Shown: in pieces, positions 9,752-18,424 of the stretch
Numbering within the stretch: position 1 is the first letter of the stretch
Layout of the letters: every line of letters starts with the position of its first letter
Origin: Caldisericia bacterium
GTDB taxonomy: Bacteria; Caldisericota; Caldisericia; JAAYUI01
Length of the DNA stretch: 64,000 nucleotides
NCBI GenBank assembly: GCA_963674785.1
Contig: OY771555.1
Span: 416,001 to 480,000, forward strand
Reading direction: 5' to 3'
Translations under genes and position numbers: made by a program
Notes under the pieces: model-generated
Told to the model about the DNA's origin: nothing
The model's database searches: none
What the model saw: only the letters and a program-made list of their open reading frames with translations

Positions 9752-12373
9752 TTAGGTCTCGTCTATGATTGATATTGTACCAGAAGAACCATCAACCTCA
9801 ATAAGCATTCCGTCCTTGAGTTTTTCTGTTGCATCGATAACACCCGCCACGCAAGGCTTTCCATACTCTCTTGCAACCATCGCACCATGTTGAAGCATCC
9901 CACCGATTTCAAGAACAACCGCAGCGGCATTGATAAAAAGAGGAGTCCAGCCGGGGTCAGTTGTTCTTGCAACAAGGATCTCTCCTGGAAGTATCTCTTT
10001 TTCTGTTGGGCTTTTTAAAACTTTCACACGTCCCTTTGCTCTTCCGGCAGATATTGCCTCTCCAAGAAGCTGACCTTCCTTTTCTTCGGGTTTTGGTGGA
10101 ACAGGGATTCTGCCCCGTGAGTCAATTATTGTTGGAAAATGTTTGATATGCTCGGTTTTTCTGATGTGTCTTGTGTTTTCTTCCCTGAGCTTTTGTACAT
10201 CTATACTTGGATTTTCCAAGATTTCATCAATCTGCACAACCTTCAGGTCAAAAATCTCATTAGCATCATTCAACCTTCCATCGGCAACAAGCTTTTTTGC
10301 AACCTTCAAAATCTCTTTTTTCATGGCATCAATTATCATCACAATATAATATTTGTGGGTTTCTCGATATCCACCGAGTGTGATTGTTACCTCATAGTTT
10401 TTGGGAAGCTTTGAGGAAAAACCCTTTTCATTTGCAAACTCCATGAGCTCAACATATGTTTTTTCACGCTCAGATACTGATTTTTTGTGAAGATAATCTG
10501 GTTTCATCATAGGTTCTGTGATTCTGCTCATCTGCTTGATCTGGTCAAAAACCATCTTTGGATTCTCCCATGGTCTCTCAGATTTCATATCAATTTCCAT
10601 CGGGCATCTGAATCCATATTTTTCCATGAAGGTTTCCCACTTATTTGAGAAAATCTTTGAAAATTTTCTGCTTGAAAAATCAAAATAATCTTTTGATTCC
10701 ACAATCTCAGGAAAACCCGATAATTCAAACATATCGAGCCCCATCAGGACTGTGATATTTCCAGGAAGAGACCTTTCAAGCAGATTTACCTTTTCTTTCA
10801 TTTCAGGATATGGAGCAAACAATTTATCAAGCCCAACCCTTGCTTTCTCTGATGCATATGTCGCCATCAGAGAAACCGAAATGAATTGACTATATAGTTC
10901 ACCTAGTGTCTCCGACAAAGAGTTTAATGATTCATATGATTCAAATGCTAATTTTATGTTTTCCTTTAGCCATTCCTCTTTTTCCAATATCTCAGCTAAA
11001 TACTCTTTTGGTTTATTGAATGCCCTAAAATACCCTCCAAGCCTTGGACTAAAAACGAAACTCTGTACTGATAAAAACCCCGCAAATCTGAGATTTCTTG
11101 GTCTTTTCCTGATTCTATAGTTTTTGATATTTCCCTTCATTGTGGCAAGGGTGACACTGTCTGCGACCCTTTCCCACTGATTTAAAAACCTATCCCCAAA
11201 CACACTGTACATATTGCTCAGATTTACATATCCTCTGCCATGAGAGTAGAATGTAAAACCATCCTTGATGCCATCTGTTTCTGTCCCAAAGATTGACTTT
11301 GAAAATGGTTTTTGGATATATCTGAAAAAGTTGATTCCAAGAACCGAGAAGTTTTTTTCAATCCCCTGACGTGAAACCATGAAATCAATATACAGAAGCC
11401 TTTCTTCGTCGGGTTTTGTTTGCATCTCTTCGGGGATTGGAATATATGTCGTGATGTGTCTTGCTTGAAGAATATAGATTTTGTCGTCTTTTATGCACCA
11501 TTCAATATCCATTGGATGGTCATAATGATCTTCGATTTTTCTAGAAACCTTTGATAATTCAAGTATTTGAGAATCAGAAAGTGATAATCTGCCCGGGTTT
11601 TCTGATTCTTGTTCTTCTGTGTTTCCACCTTCTTTTGGTATGATAACCTTTTGCTTTGAGCCGATTTTTTTCTCTATGATTTCACCAGAATACTTATTGA
11701 TAATAATATTGTCTGGCTCAACTGCACCCGAAACAACAGATTCACCAAGCCCAAAATTAGCATTTATTACAAGCTCATCATAATCATTGTTTGCTGGATT
11801 AATTGTAAAAACTACTCCGCTGACATCAGCATCGATTATCCTTTGAACAACAACAGATAATTTCACCGTTTCCTGCAAAATATTGTTTTCATTTCGATAA
11901 CTTATTGCCCTTGCTGACCAAAGACTTGCAAAGCATTTTTTTACATACTTCTCGATATCTTCAGCTTTGATATTGAGATATGTATCCTGGAGACCAGCAA
12001 AGCTCATTGATGGGAGGTCTTCTGCAGTTGCAGATGACCTTACCGCAAAATGTGTTCTCTCATCAAAACCTCTGAGATTTTCTTTTATTTCAGCTGAGAT
12101 TTCCGATGTCATTTTTCCTTTTTCAAATTGTCCAACAATAACAGATGACGTTTCTTCCAAGGATTTTTGAGAGGAAAAATCGAGCTTTGAAAGGTTAGAT
12201 TTTATGACTGTTTCAATTCCATTTACTATTATAAATTCATCATAAGCGATTGTTGAGATAGCAAACCCTGCAGGAACATTAAACCCAGCATCAGTAAGTT
12301 TTGCAAGATTCGAAGCCTTCCCGCCATATAATTCTAGTCTTGAGGTATCCTTAAGCTCTGCTGTATATTTCAT
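9752..12373 (-). CDS. Second tandem RPH/PigC-like PEP-utilising enzyme
   Basis: Same motifs as the neighbour. Start moved to ATG 12373 (GGAGG at 12387-12383, ATGA overlap with the methyltransferase stop). Confidence 0.85.
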   Translation of the reverse strand: MKYTAELKDTSRLELYGGKASNLAKLTDAGFNVPAGFAISTIAYDEFIIVNGIETVIKSNLSKLDFSSQKSLEETSSVIVGQFEKGKMTSEISAEIKENLRGFDERTHFAVRSSATAEDLPSMSFAGLQDTYLNIKAEDIEKYVKKCFASLWSARAISYRNENNILQETVKLSVVVQRIIDADVSGVVFTINPANNDYDELVINANFGLGESVVSGAVEPDNIIINKYSGEIIEKKIGSKQKVIIPKEGGNTEEQESENPGRLSLSDSQILELSKVSRKIEDHYDHPMDIEWCIKDDKIYILQARHITTYIPIPEEMQTKPDEERLLYIDFMVSRQGIEKNFSVLGINFFRYIQKPFSKSIFGTETDGIKDGFTFYSHGRGYVNLSNMYSVFGDRFLNQWERVADSVTLATMKGNIKNYRIRKRPRNLRFAGFLSVQSFVFSPRLGGYFRAFNKPKEYLAEILEKEEWLKENIKLAFESYESLNSLSETLGELYSQFISVSLMATYASEKARVGLDKLFAPYPEMKEKVNLLERSLPGNITVLMGLDMFELSGFPEIVESKDYFDFSSRKFSKIFSNKWETFMEKYGFRCPMEIDMKSERPWENPKMVFDQIKQMSRITEPMMKPDYLHKKSVSEREKTYVELMEFANEKGFSSKLPKNYEVTITLGGYRETHKYYIVMIIDAMKKEILKVAKKLVADGRLNDANEIFDLKVVQIDEILENPSIDVQKLREENTRHIRKTEHIKHFPTIIDSRGRIPVPPKPEEKEGQLLGEAISAGRAKGRVKVLKSPTEKEILPGEILVARTTDPGWTPLFINAAAVVLEIGGMLQHGAMVAREYGKPCVAGVIDATEKLKDGMLIEVDGSSGTISIIDET

Positions 12374-13158
12374 ATTTTCATTCCTCCAAGTATTATCCAT
12401 ATGTTGCTTGCATGTTTGATTTCCACATCAAAACCGACACTTCCAAAAGTTTTCACAAGATTATCGGGTTCAAACGTGTTGATACTGAGAAACTTCTCAC
12501 TTGGTCTCAGTCCACCTTTTTTCCTTCTTCTTCCACATGCAATTGAAATCTTCCCACCTGGTTTCAAAACTCTGTTCATCTCTGAAAGCACAAGCTCTAC
12601 ATCATGAAAAAGATGAAGCGCTCCAGTACAGTTTATGCCATCAAAGGTATTATCGGGAAATGGAAGTTTATGTGCATCGCCCCTCATAAACATTATATTA
12701 TCAAGATTATCTCTTTTTGCATACCTCACAGCGATAGTCAACATCTGTGGAGAATAATCCAATCCGATTACATACCCATCTGGTGAGTTTCTTGCCATCA
12801 TCCGTGTATAGAGTCCTGGTCCACAGGCAATATCTAAAGATTTTGCATTTCTTGGTGTGGACTGGATTCCCTCGATTATCTTCATCTCATCGGTTAGTGA
12901 TATTCCAAACAGTTTCTTTTCCCAACCGCTATTCCTCCAAAGTTTTCCTTCATAGATTTTTACAATCGGGTTCCATTTCATCATTTTTTGAGCAAGGGTA
13001 TCTTTTGTTTTTTCTATTTTAAGGAAATCGATGTATCCATCTTGAATCATATATTTTTCTCCACAAACTCCACAGGAATAGCCACCATCTAATGTGGCTA
13101 GCTTGCCCGTGATGCCACAATTTTTACACCTAATCATGTTTGCAAATTCAGTCTTCAT
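12370..13158 (-). CDS. SAM-dependent methyltransferase with N-terminal Zn ribbon (UbiE/RlmA-like)
   Basis: CKNC...CGVC, LDIACGPG, GLDYSPQML, GDAHKLPFPDNTFD, RVLKPGG. Confidence 0.9.
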   Translation of the reverse strand: MKTEFANMIRCKNCGITGKLATLDGGYSCGVCGEKYMIQDGYIDFLKIEKTKDTLAQKMMKWNPIVKIYEGKLWRNSGWEKKLFGISLTDEMKIIEGIQSTPRNAKSLDIACGPGLYTRMMARNSPDGYVIGLDYSPQMLTIAVRYAKRDNLDNIMFMRGDAHKLPFPDNTFDGINCTGALHLFHDVELVLSEMNRVLKPGGKISIACGRRRKKGGLRPSEKFLSINTFEPDNLVKTFGSVGFDVEIKHASNIWIILGGMKI

Positions 13159-13205
13159 AGATATTCGATCTCCTTTAAAAATATGAATAACTTATCTACA
13201 TTTAC

Positions 13206-13256
13206 TTCATATTATTCAATTAAATTGACATGTCAAGTATTTATGAATAATATGAA
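13206..13256. promoter_or_regulatory. Symmetric back-to-back divergent sigma70 promoters / TetR operator region
   Basis: Central palindrome TTGACATGTCAA (13225-13236) gives TTGACA on both strands. Flanking 13-bp inverted repeat ttcatattattca/tgaataatatgaa supplies a TAATAT -10 on each side (17 and 16 nt spacers). Confidence 0.8.
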
Positions 13257-13260
13257 TATT

Positions 13261-13893
13261 ATGAGTTCAAATAATCGCACAAGTGATGGTTTCAACAAAA
13301 GAAGAGAGGCGAAGAAGGCCGCAATCATCGATTCTGCAAATGAACTGTTTGCTCAATATGGTCCTGAAAAAGTTAGTATTGCAGAAATTGCTTCAAGGGC
13401 AAAGGTTTCACCTGTAACAATATATAATCACTTCGGAAACAAGGATGAGTTGATAACAAAACTAGTCAGACACACGACAGATGGAATACTTGAAAGATAT
13501 AAAAAAATCTCTCAAAGCAACGCTCCATTTCCTGAAAAGATTGACATGGTTTTTGCTTTCAAGAGAGAAAATGCAATGTCTGCAAAATTCAACTGGATCA
13601 CAAAAGCTGCCAGCACAAACAAACAAGTCAGGGCTGAGCTTCAAGACTATTTTGACAACAGAACAAAAGGTGAGATGTTAAAACTCATCACACAAGGCAA
13701 GAACGAAAACTATATAAACCCAGAGCTTTCGGATGCTGCTGTTATGATCTTCCTCGATATTTTTGTGAATTATTATCTTAATAACCCTGAAATAACGAAT
13801 AAAATTGTGAGTGACGAAAAGCTCATGAGAGAGGTCTATTCAACCTTCTGGTGGGGGCTGGATGGTGAGAGAAGGGATATAAAGAGAGGGTAG
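13261..13893 (+). CDS. TetR/AcrR family transcriptional regulator
   Basis: 'IIDSANELFAQYGPEKVSIAEIASRAKVSPVTIYNHFGNKDEL' HTH, divergent from the MTase-RPH operon. Start chosen at ATG 13261 because the upstream ATGs lie inside the promoter. Confidence 0.9.
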   Translation: MSSNNRTSDGFNKRREAKKAAIIDSANELFAQYGPEKVSIAEIASRAKVSPVTIYNHFGNKDELITKLVRHTTDGILERYKKISQSNAPFPEKIDMVFAFKRENAMSAKFNWITKAASTNKQVRAELQDYFDNRTKGEMLKLITQGKNENYINPELSDAAVMIFLDIFVNYYLNNPEITNKIVSDEKLMREVYSTFWWGLDGERRDIKRG

Positions 13894-13969
13894 GGGCACC
13901 CTTTTCAAAGATAGTAAATATAAGTCTAACAAGACTATTGTACAAATATATGTACAAAAAATACGACTT

Positions 13970-14007
13970 TTTGAACACGTTCTGGGGACGTGTTCAAATC
14001 TTGAACA
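13970..14007. terminator. Hairpin cluster between convergent genes
   Basis: Perfect 11-bp IR tttgaacacgt(13970-13980)/acgtgttcaaa(13988-13998), with an overlapping second IR tgttcaa/ttgaaca. Confidence 0.5.
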
Positions 14008-14079
14008 TATATTAATAATCTGTGGATAATTTGGTGGATAACTACCTGTCCCCTAATGACTGTTTCTCTACTTATTACT

Positions 14080-15225
14080 TCACTTCCCAGCTGATAACCT
14101 CAAACAAGTAACTGAATTCTCATATTCGGGGTCATTTGAATAAACAGGCAAGATTCCATCATAAAGCAAAAACGGAATATCTTCAGTGTGTTCATCTGTA
14201 ACCAAGAAAGTTTCACCAGAATCCAGATGATGACCCATGAGTTTGCTATTTTCTGAATCTAAGACGTCATTCCAGACAAGAAATTCACCATCTGTCATCA
14301 AGTCCATTTTGTGGTCAGCACCAACAACAATTGTGCTTTTTTCCACACCATCATCAAGAATGGAAATCGTTTTGATCTGACTATCTGAATAATTCTTGAT
14401 ATGAGTTTCAGGGTCTCTGACAACAACCGATGAAAGATAAAAGACTTTATTTTCGAGAAGATTGACGCTGTGAACATATCTTCCACTCACATCCAAATCA
14501 ACAACCTCACCGGTTTTATGATTCACCATATGAAGACCATCAAAGTCTTTATAGATAAGATTTTCTCCAGATAGTCCAATGATTTTCTCGGGTTGAACTC
14601 CTACCTCAAACTCCTTCATCTCACCAGATTCAAATTCATGTGAAAAAATGTTTGAATTTTCGACCCAAAAAACAAATTGATCTGATGCAAAAACCTCATC
14701 ACACTCCCCATCAGAAATAGATTTTATCCCACCATAAACAGAATCGAAGAATTTCAATCGCAGAGTCTCAGCATCCTCAAAATCAGGGTTTGACTCTAAC
14801 CAAACAACCTTTGCCTGCAGAAGGGTTGGATTCAACAAATTTGAACAATCCACATTCAATGAAATCTTTTCACCGCTTGGTCTGTCAAACAAAATCAACT
14901 CAGTATGATTCTTTTGTTCATTCCACTCATACCATATTGCCTTATACTCATTTAGCTGAGGATGTGTAACAAAAATATCCGGCTCATAGATGATTTCTTT
15001 TTCGCCGGTTTTTGTGTTGTAGGATGTAACGGCATACACCTTATCTGAATCACCTGTGGAGCTTGCAACATAAACAATCTCATCACCATGACAATCTGCA
15101 CCTACTCGGTACTCGATCTCTGTGAAGACACCAACACCAAGCTCAACTGGTGAGATTGTTATCGTCACCCCAGAAAATGCTATCACCAGAGACATCGCAA
15201 CCGTAAAAAGTTTCATCATAAACAA
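14080..15225 (-). CDS. Secreted TolB-like beta-propeller protein
   Basis: Signal peptide; repeated 'IVYV/AIWYE/VVWLE/VFWVE/LVWND' blades. Confidence 0.6.
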   Translation of the reverse strand: MFMMKLFTVAMSLVIAFSGVTITISPVELGVGVFTEIEYRVGADCHGDEIVYVASSTGDSDKVYAVTSYNTKTGEKEIIYEPDIFVTHPQLNEYKAIWYEWNEQKNHTELILFDRPSGEKISLNVDCSNLLNPTLLQAKVVWLESNPDFEDAETLRLKFFDSVYGGIKSISDGECDEVFASDQFVFWVENSNIFSHEFESGEMKEFEVGVQPEKIIGLSGENLIYKDFDGLHMVNHKTGEVVDLDVSGRYVHSVNLLENKVFYLSSVVVRDPETHIKNYSDSQIKTISILDDGVEKSTIVVGADHKMDLMTDGEFLVWNDVLDSENSKLMGHHLDSGETFLVTDEHTEDIPFLLYDGILPVYSNDPEYENSVTCLRLSAGK

Positions 15226-15311
15226 CCCCCTTCCACAAGAGAGTCTATCACAACGAGTGAAGTATCAAAGAGGAAGATGGTAACATTGATGTTAAGAAGA
15301 ATTCTATGATT

Positions 15312-16685
15312 CTAATTAGTTTTGAAATCAGTATCTCTTTCTGGTGTCGGTGTTCTAATTATGTAGGCATCATTTATGTCATACATAAATGGTTCATGAC
15401 CATATATTCCGATACCTGTAAAGTTATGTTCAATTGAATGGACATCTTCCATCTCTTCATCTGGTTGATTTCTGTCCTCGAGCAATGCCCAACCAACAAT
15501 TGATTCATCCTCAGGGTCTTGTAGTTTGTACCACATTCTCTCAAGTCTCTCTTGGACAAGTGCATTTTCTACATTTTCGGATGAATCATCACATCTAATC
15601 CTTGATCTCACCCAACATCTTTCTTTTTTGGGACCATCTGAATCTATAATTTTCATATAATCAAACTTTTCCAACTCAGCCATCACTTTAGAGTTTTTAT
15701 TGGCTTTCTCATAAAGCTTCACACCATAAATATCAATCTTTTGGTCATTAACAATTGCAGATTGAACATCTTCACATATCAATACATAGTTTAAACCTTC
15801 TGGAAGCATCGGTATGTCTGTAGCCTTTTCTTGTATAACTAACCGAGATTCTGATACATAAACATTGTCTCCAGAAACCTTTTCAACAAATGCAAGTTGC
15901 CCATATCTGATGGTATTTCCATTATCATCAATTATTGTATCCCACAATAAAACATCTCCAGCAACAGGAAGACTTTTTGAGCTTGAATACTTTTCTATTG
16001 AAAAACCATAATCTAAAAGCAAATAAGCATTGCTTTTCCAATTCATCTCACCACTCACAAACGGAAACCTAAGTGCTTGGTTTGGGTACATAATCTTTGT
16101 TGTTGCAATCTTTTCTGAAAGCACACCCGTTTCCTTCATCCTTCCATAAACAAACCATTTTTCATTGCCGGTATATGAGTGTTTAGCGATAAACTCTGTA
16201 TTATCATAATCAACTAAAGTATAGCGGACACTTAAGTAGCTTTGATCATATGAGAAAATAGAGTCAACATAGTGAGGACTTTTCAAATCTGCAATATCCA
16301 AAATTACATTCTTCTCCAAAACATCTTGTTGTCTTGATCTAATCTCAAAAAGTATCTGAGGGATTCCCCACGTACCGATAAGAACAACTCCACACAAAAT
16401 AAGAAAGATAAGCAGATATGACACAAATACATTAGATCGAGTTCTCAAATAATCGCTAAAAATCTGAATTTTTCTACTATAAAACTTATTCAAAAAAATA
16501 TAGAGCACAAAAACAAATATTATTACCGGGACAAATAACCAAAATAATGCCCATTGAGACTTAAGAAATGATGCAAATCCAATAATAATTGTCACAAATA
16601 AGGAGGATACACCAATGATATTTCCAATACTCTCACTCGATAACGTTCCCCCAGTCTCAATTTCATCACCATTTCTTTCAGGCAT
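15312..16685 (-). CDS. 3-TM membrane protein with degenerate CHAP domain and inserted SH3b-like domain
   Basis: Three TMs; GNEKWFVYGR ... PVAGDVLLW ... YGQLAFVEKVSGDNVYVSES matches the CHAP scaffold; GVKLYEKANKNSKVMAEL...WYKL...GWAL is SH3-like. Start taken at MPERN. Confidence 0.6.
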   Translation of the reverse strand: MPERNGDEIETGGTLSSESIGNIIGVSSLFVTIIIGFASFLKSQWALFWLFVPVIIFVFVLYIFLNKFYSRKIQIFSDYLRTRSNVFVSYLLIFLILCGVVLIGTWGIPQILFEIRSRQQDVLEKNVILDIADLKSPHYVDSIFSYDQSYLSVRYTLVDYDNTEFIAKHSYTGNEKWFVYGRMKETGVLSEKIATTKIMYPNQALRFPFVSGEMNWKSNAYLLLDYGFSIEKYSSSKSLPVAGDVLLWDTIIDDNGNTIRYGQLAFVEKVSGDNVYVSESRLVIQEKATDIPMLPEGLNYVLICEDVQSAIVNDQKIDIYGVKLYEKANKNSKVMAELEKFDYMKIIDSDGPKKERCWVRSRIRCDDSSENVENALVQERLERMWYKLQDPEDESIVGWALLEDRNQPDEEMEDVHSIEHNFTGIGIYGHEPFMYDINDAYIIRTPTPERDTDFKTN

Positions 16686-16822
16686 ATGCACCCCCTTATC
16701 TTTTGCTGGGACACAGAGACATCCCAACAGGCACATGCCCATTATACATCAAAAAAAAGGGGGTTACTTATTCTGAAAACTCAAAAAATGTCGAAAATAG
16801 GACATAAATGTCGATATTGTTC

Positions 16823-18271
16823 CTACCCCTTTATAACCCCCAGCGGAACCATCTTCGCGACCTTGTTTGCAATACCCGCATTGTGAAGAACCCCCACCAC
16901 CTCAGATACATCCTTGTAGGCATCGGGTGCCTCTTCGACAAATGTGCTGTTGCTTTTGGCTTTTGCAAAAATTCCTTTGTTTTTGAGGGTTGCAAAGAGG
17001 TCTCCCGCTCTGAATCTTTTTTTCGCTGCAGTCCTTGATAAAGCACGTCCTGCCCCATGACAACAGGATGCAAAGGTTTCCTTTGCACCCTCTGCAGTTC
17101 CGACCATCACATATGAACAGCTGCCCATATCCCCTGGCACAAGCACAGGGTGGCCAGAATTCTTGTAAGTTTCTGGCAGGTCTGGGAATCCCGCTGGGAA
17201 AGCTCTTGTTGCACCTTTTCTATGAACGATCAGTTTTTTACCATCATGGATTTCACGCTTTGCGATGTTGTGGGCAACATCATAAACAATCTCTCCACCA
17301 ATTTTAGAAATAGGCATATCTAAAACTGTGACAAGGCTTTCACGCACCCAGTGTGTTATGAGTTGTCTGTTTGCCCAGGCATAGTTTGCAGAGGCAACCA
17401 TCGCAGAAAAATATTTTTTGCCCTCAGGGCTATCAAATGGTGCGCATGCAAGCTGTCTGTCGGGAAGTTCAATATTGTATTTCCTGACAGCCTTTTGCAT
17501 GACTTCAATGTAGTCACTTGCGACCTGGTGACCAAAACCACGTGAGCCAGTATGGACAAGTACCACAAGCTGACCAGGGAAAAGCCCAAAGGTTTCAGCA
17601 ATACTGCTGTCAAAACATTTATCAACCTTTTGAATCTCTATGAAGTGATTCCCCGCACCAAGTGTTCCAACCTGCCCTGCTCCACGCTGATAGGCTTTAT
17701 CTGAAACGGCTGTGGGATCTGCTCCCTCCATTGCTCCACCCTCTTCGATGTGTTTGAAGTCATCATCAAATCCAAAGCCTTTTCCTATCGCCCACTTTGC
17801 ACCCTTTGTCATCACCTCTGTCAGCTCATGTTTGTTTGCATGATATCTTCCAGATGATCCGACTCCTGCTGGGATATTTTTGAAAAACTCAAAAACCATG
17901 GCTTTCACTTTTTCTTTGACCTCATCAGCTTTCAGGTTTGTCCTGATGAGCCTTACACCGCAATTGATGTCATATCCAACTCCTCCGGGAGAGATCACAC
18001 CATCAGACTCAGTAAACGCTGCAACACCACCAATTGGAAAACCATAACCCCAGTGGACATCAGGCATGGCGATAGAATTGCCAATAATCCCCGGAAGACA
18101 GGCAACATTACAGACCTGCTCTGGAGCGTTATCTGCTAGAAGCTTTTTTTCAAGAGTATCATTACAGTACACAAGCCCATCTGTTCTCATACAGGGTTTG
18201 TTGCTTCTTGAAATTTTCAATCTATTACTATCAATTCTTTCCTTTTTTCCGTTCCATGGCTGTTTTGGCAT
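16823..18271 (-). CDS. rtcB: RNA ligase RtcB
   Basis: MPDVHWGYGFPIGG, GYDINCG, GNHFIE, HTGSRG, HNIA, HRKGA, HGAGR, EEAPDAYK. Confidence 0.97.
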   Translation of the reverse strand: MPKQPWNGKKERIDSNRLKISRSNKPCMRTDGLVYCNDTLEKKLLADNAPEQVCNVACLPGIIGNSIAMPDVHWGYGFPIGGVAAFTESDGVISPGGVGYDINCGVRLIRTNLKADEVKEKVKAMVFEFFKNIPAGVGSSGRYHANKHELTEVMTKGAKWAIGKGFGFDDDFKHIEEGGAMEGADPTAVSDKAYQRGAGQVGTLGAGNHFIEIQKVDKCFDSSIAETFGLFPGQLVVLVHTGSRGFGHQVASDYIEVMQKAVRKYNIELPDRQLACAPFDSPEGKKYFSAMVASANYAWANRQLITHWVRESLVTVLDMPISKIGGEIVYDVAHNIAKREIHDGKKLIVHRKGATRAFPAGFPDLPETYKNSGHPVLVPGDMGSCSYVMVGTAEGAKETFASCCHGAGRALSRTAAKKRFRAGDLFATLKNKGIFAKAKSNSTFVEEAPDAYKDVSEVVGVLHNAGIANKVAKMVPLGVIKG

Positions 18272-18424
18272 GATGACCTCCTGATTGAAATTATTTTAGC
18301 AAAAATATGAATGATTTCTACAAGCCAGATTTTTAAGTGTTGTTTAATAAACATTTATTGAAGATAAGTGGATTAATGATGTAGCAAAGAATAAAATCAG
18401 AGCTGTAGAAAAAGGGGGTGCTTT

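Noticed and set aside
7108-12373. ppsA (PEP synthase) annotation
   Set aside because: The His domain is C-terminal and the pyruvate-binding barrel is absent; the architecture is RPH/PigC-like.
14021-14041. oriC
   Set aside because: Only two DnaA-box-like sites, and no dnaA/dnaN/gidA context.
16823-18271. rtcB as part of an RNA-repair or defence island
   Set aside because: No rtcA, rtcR, archease, Ro/TROVE or toxin neighbours; it looks like a solitary housekeeping copy.
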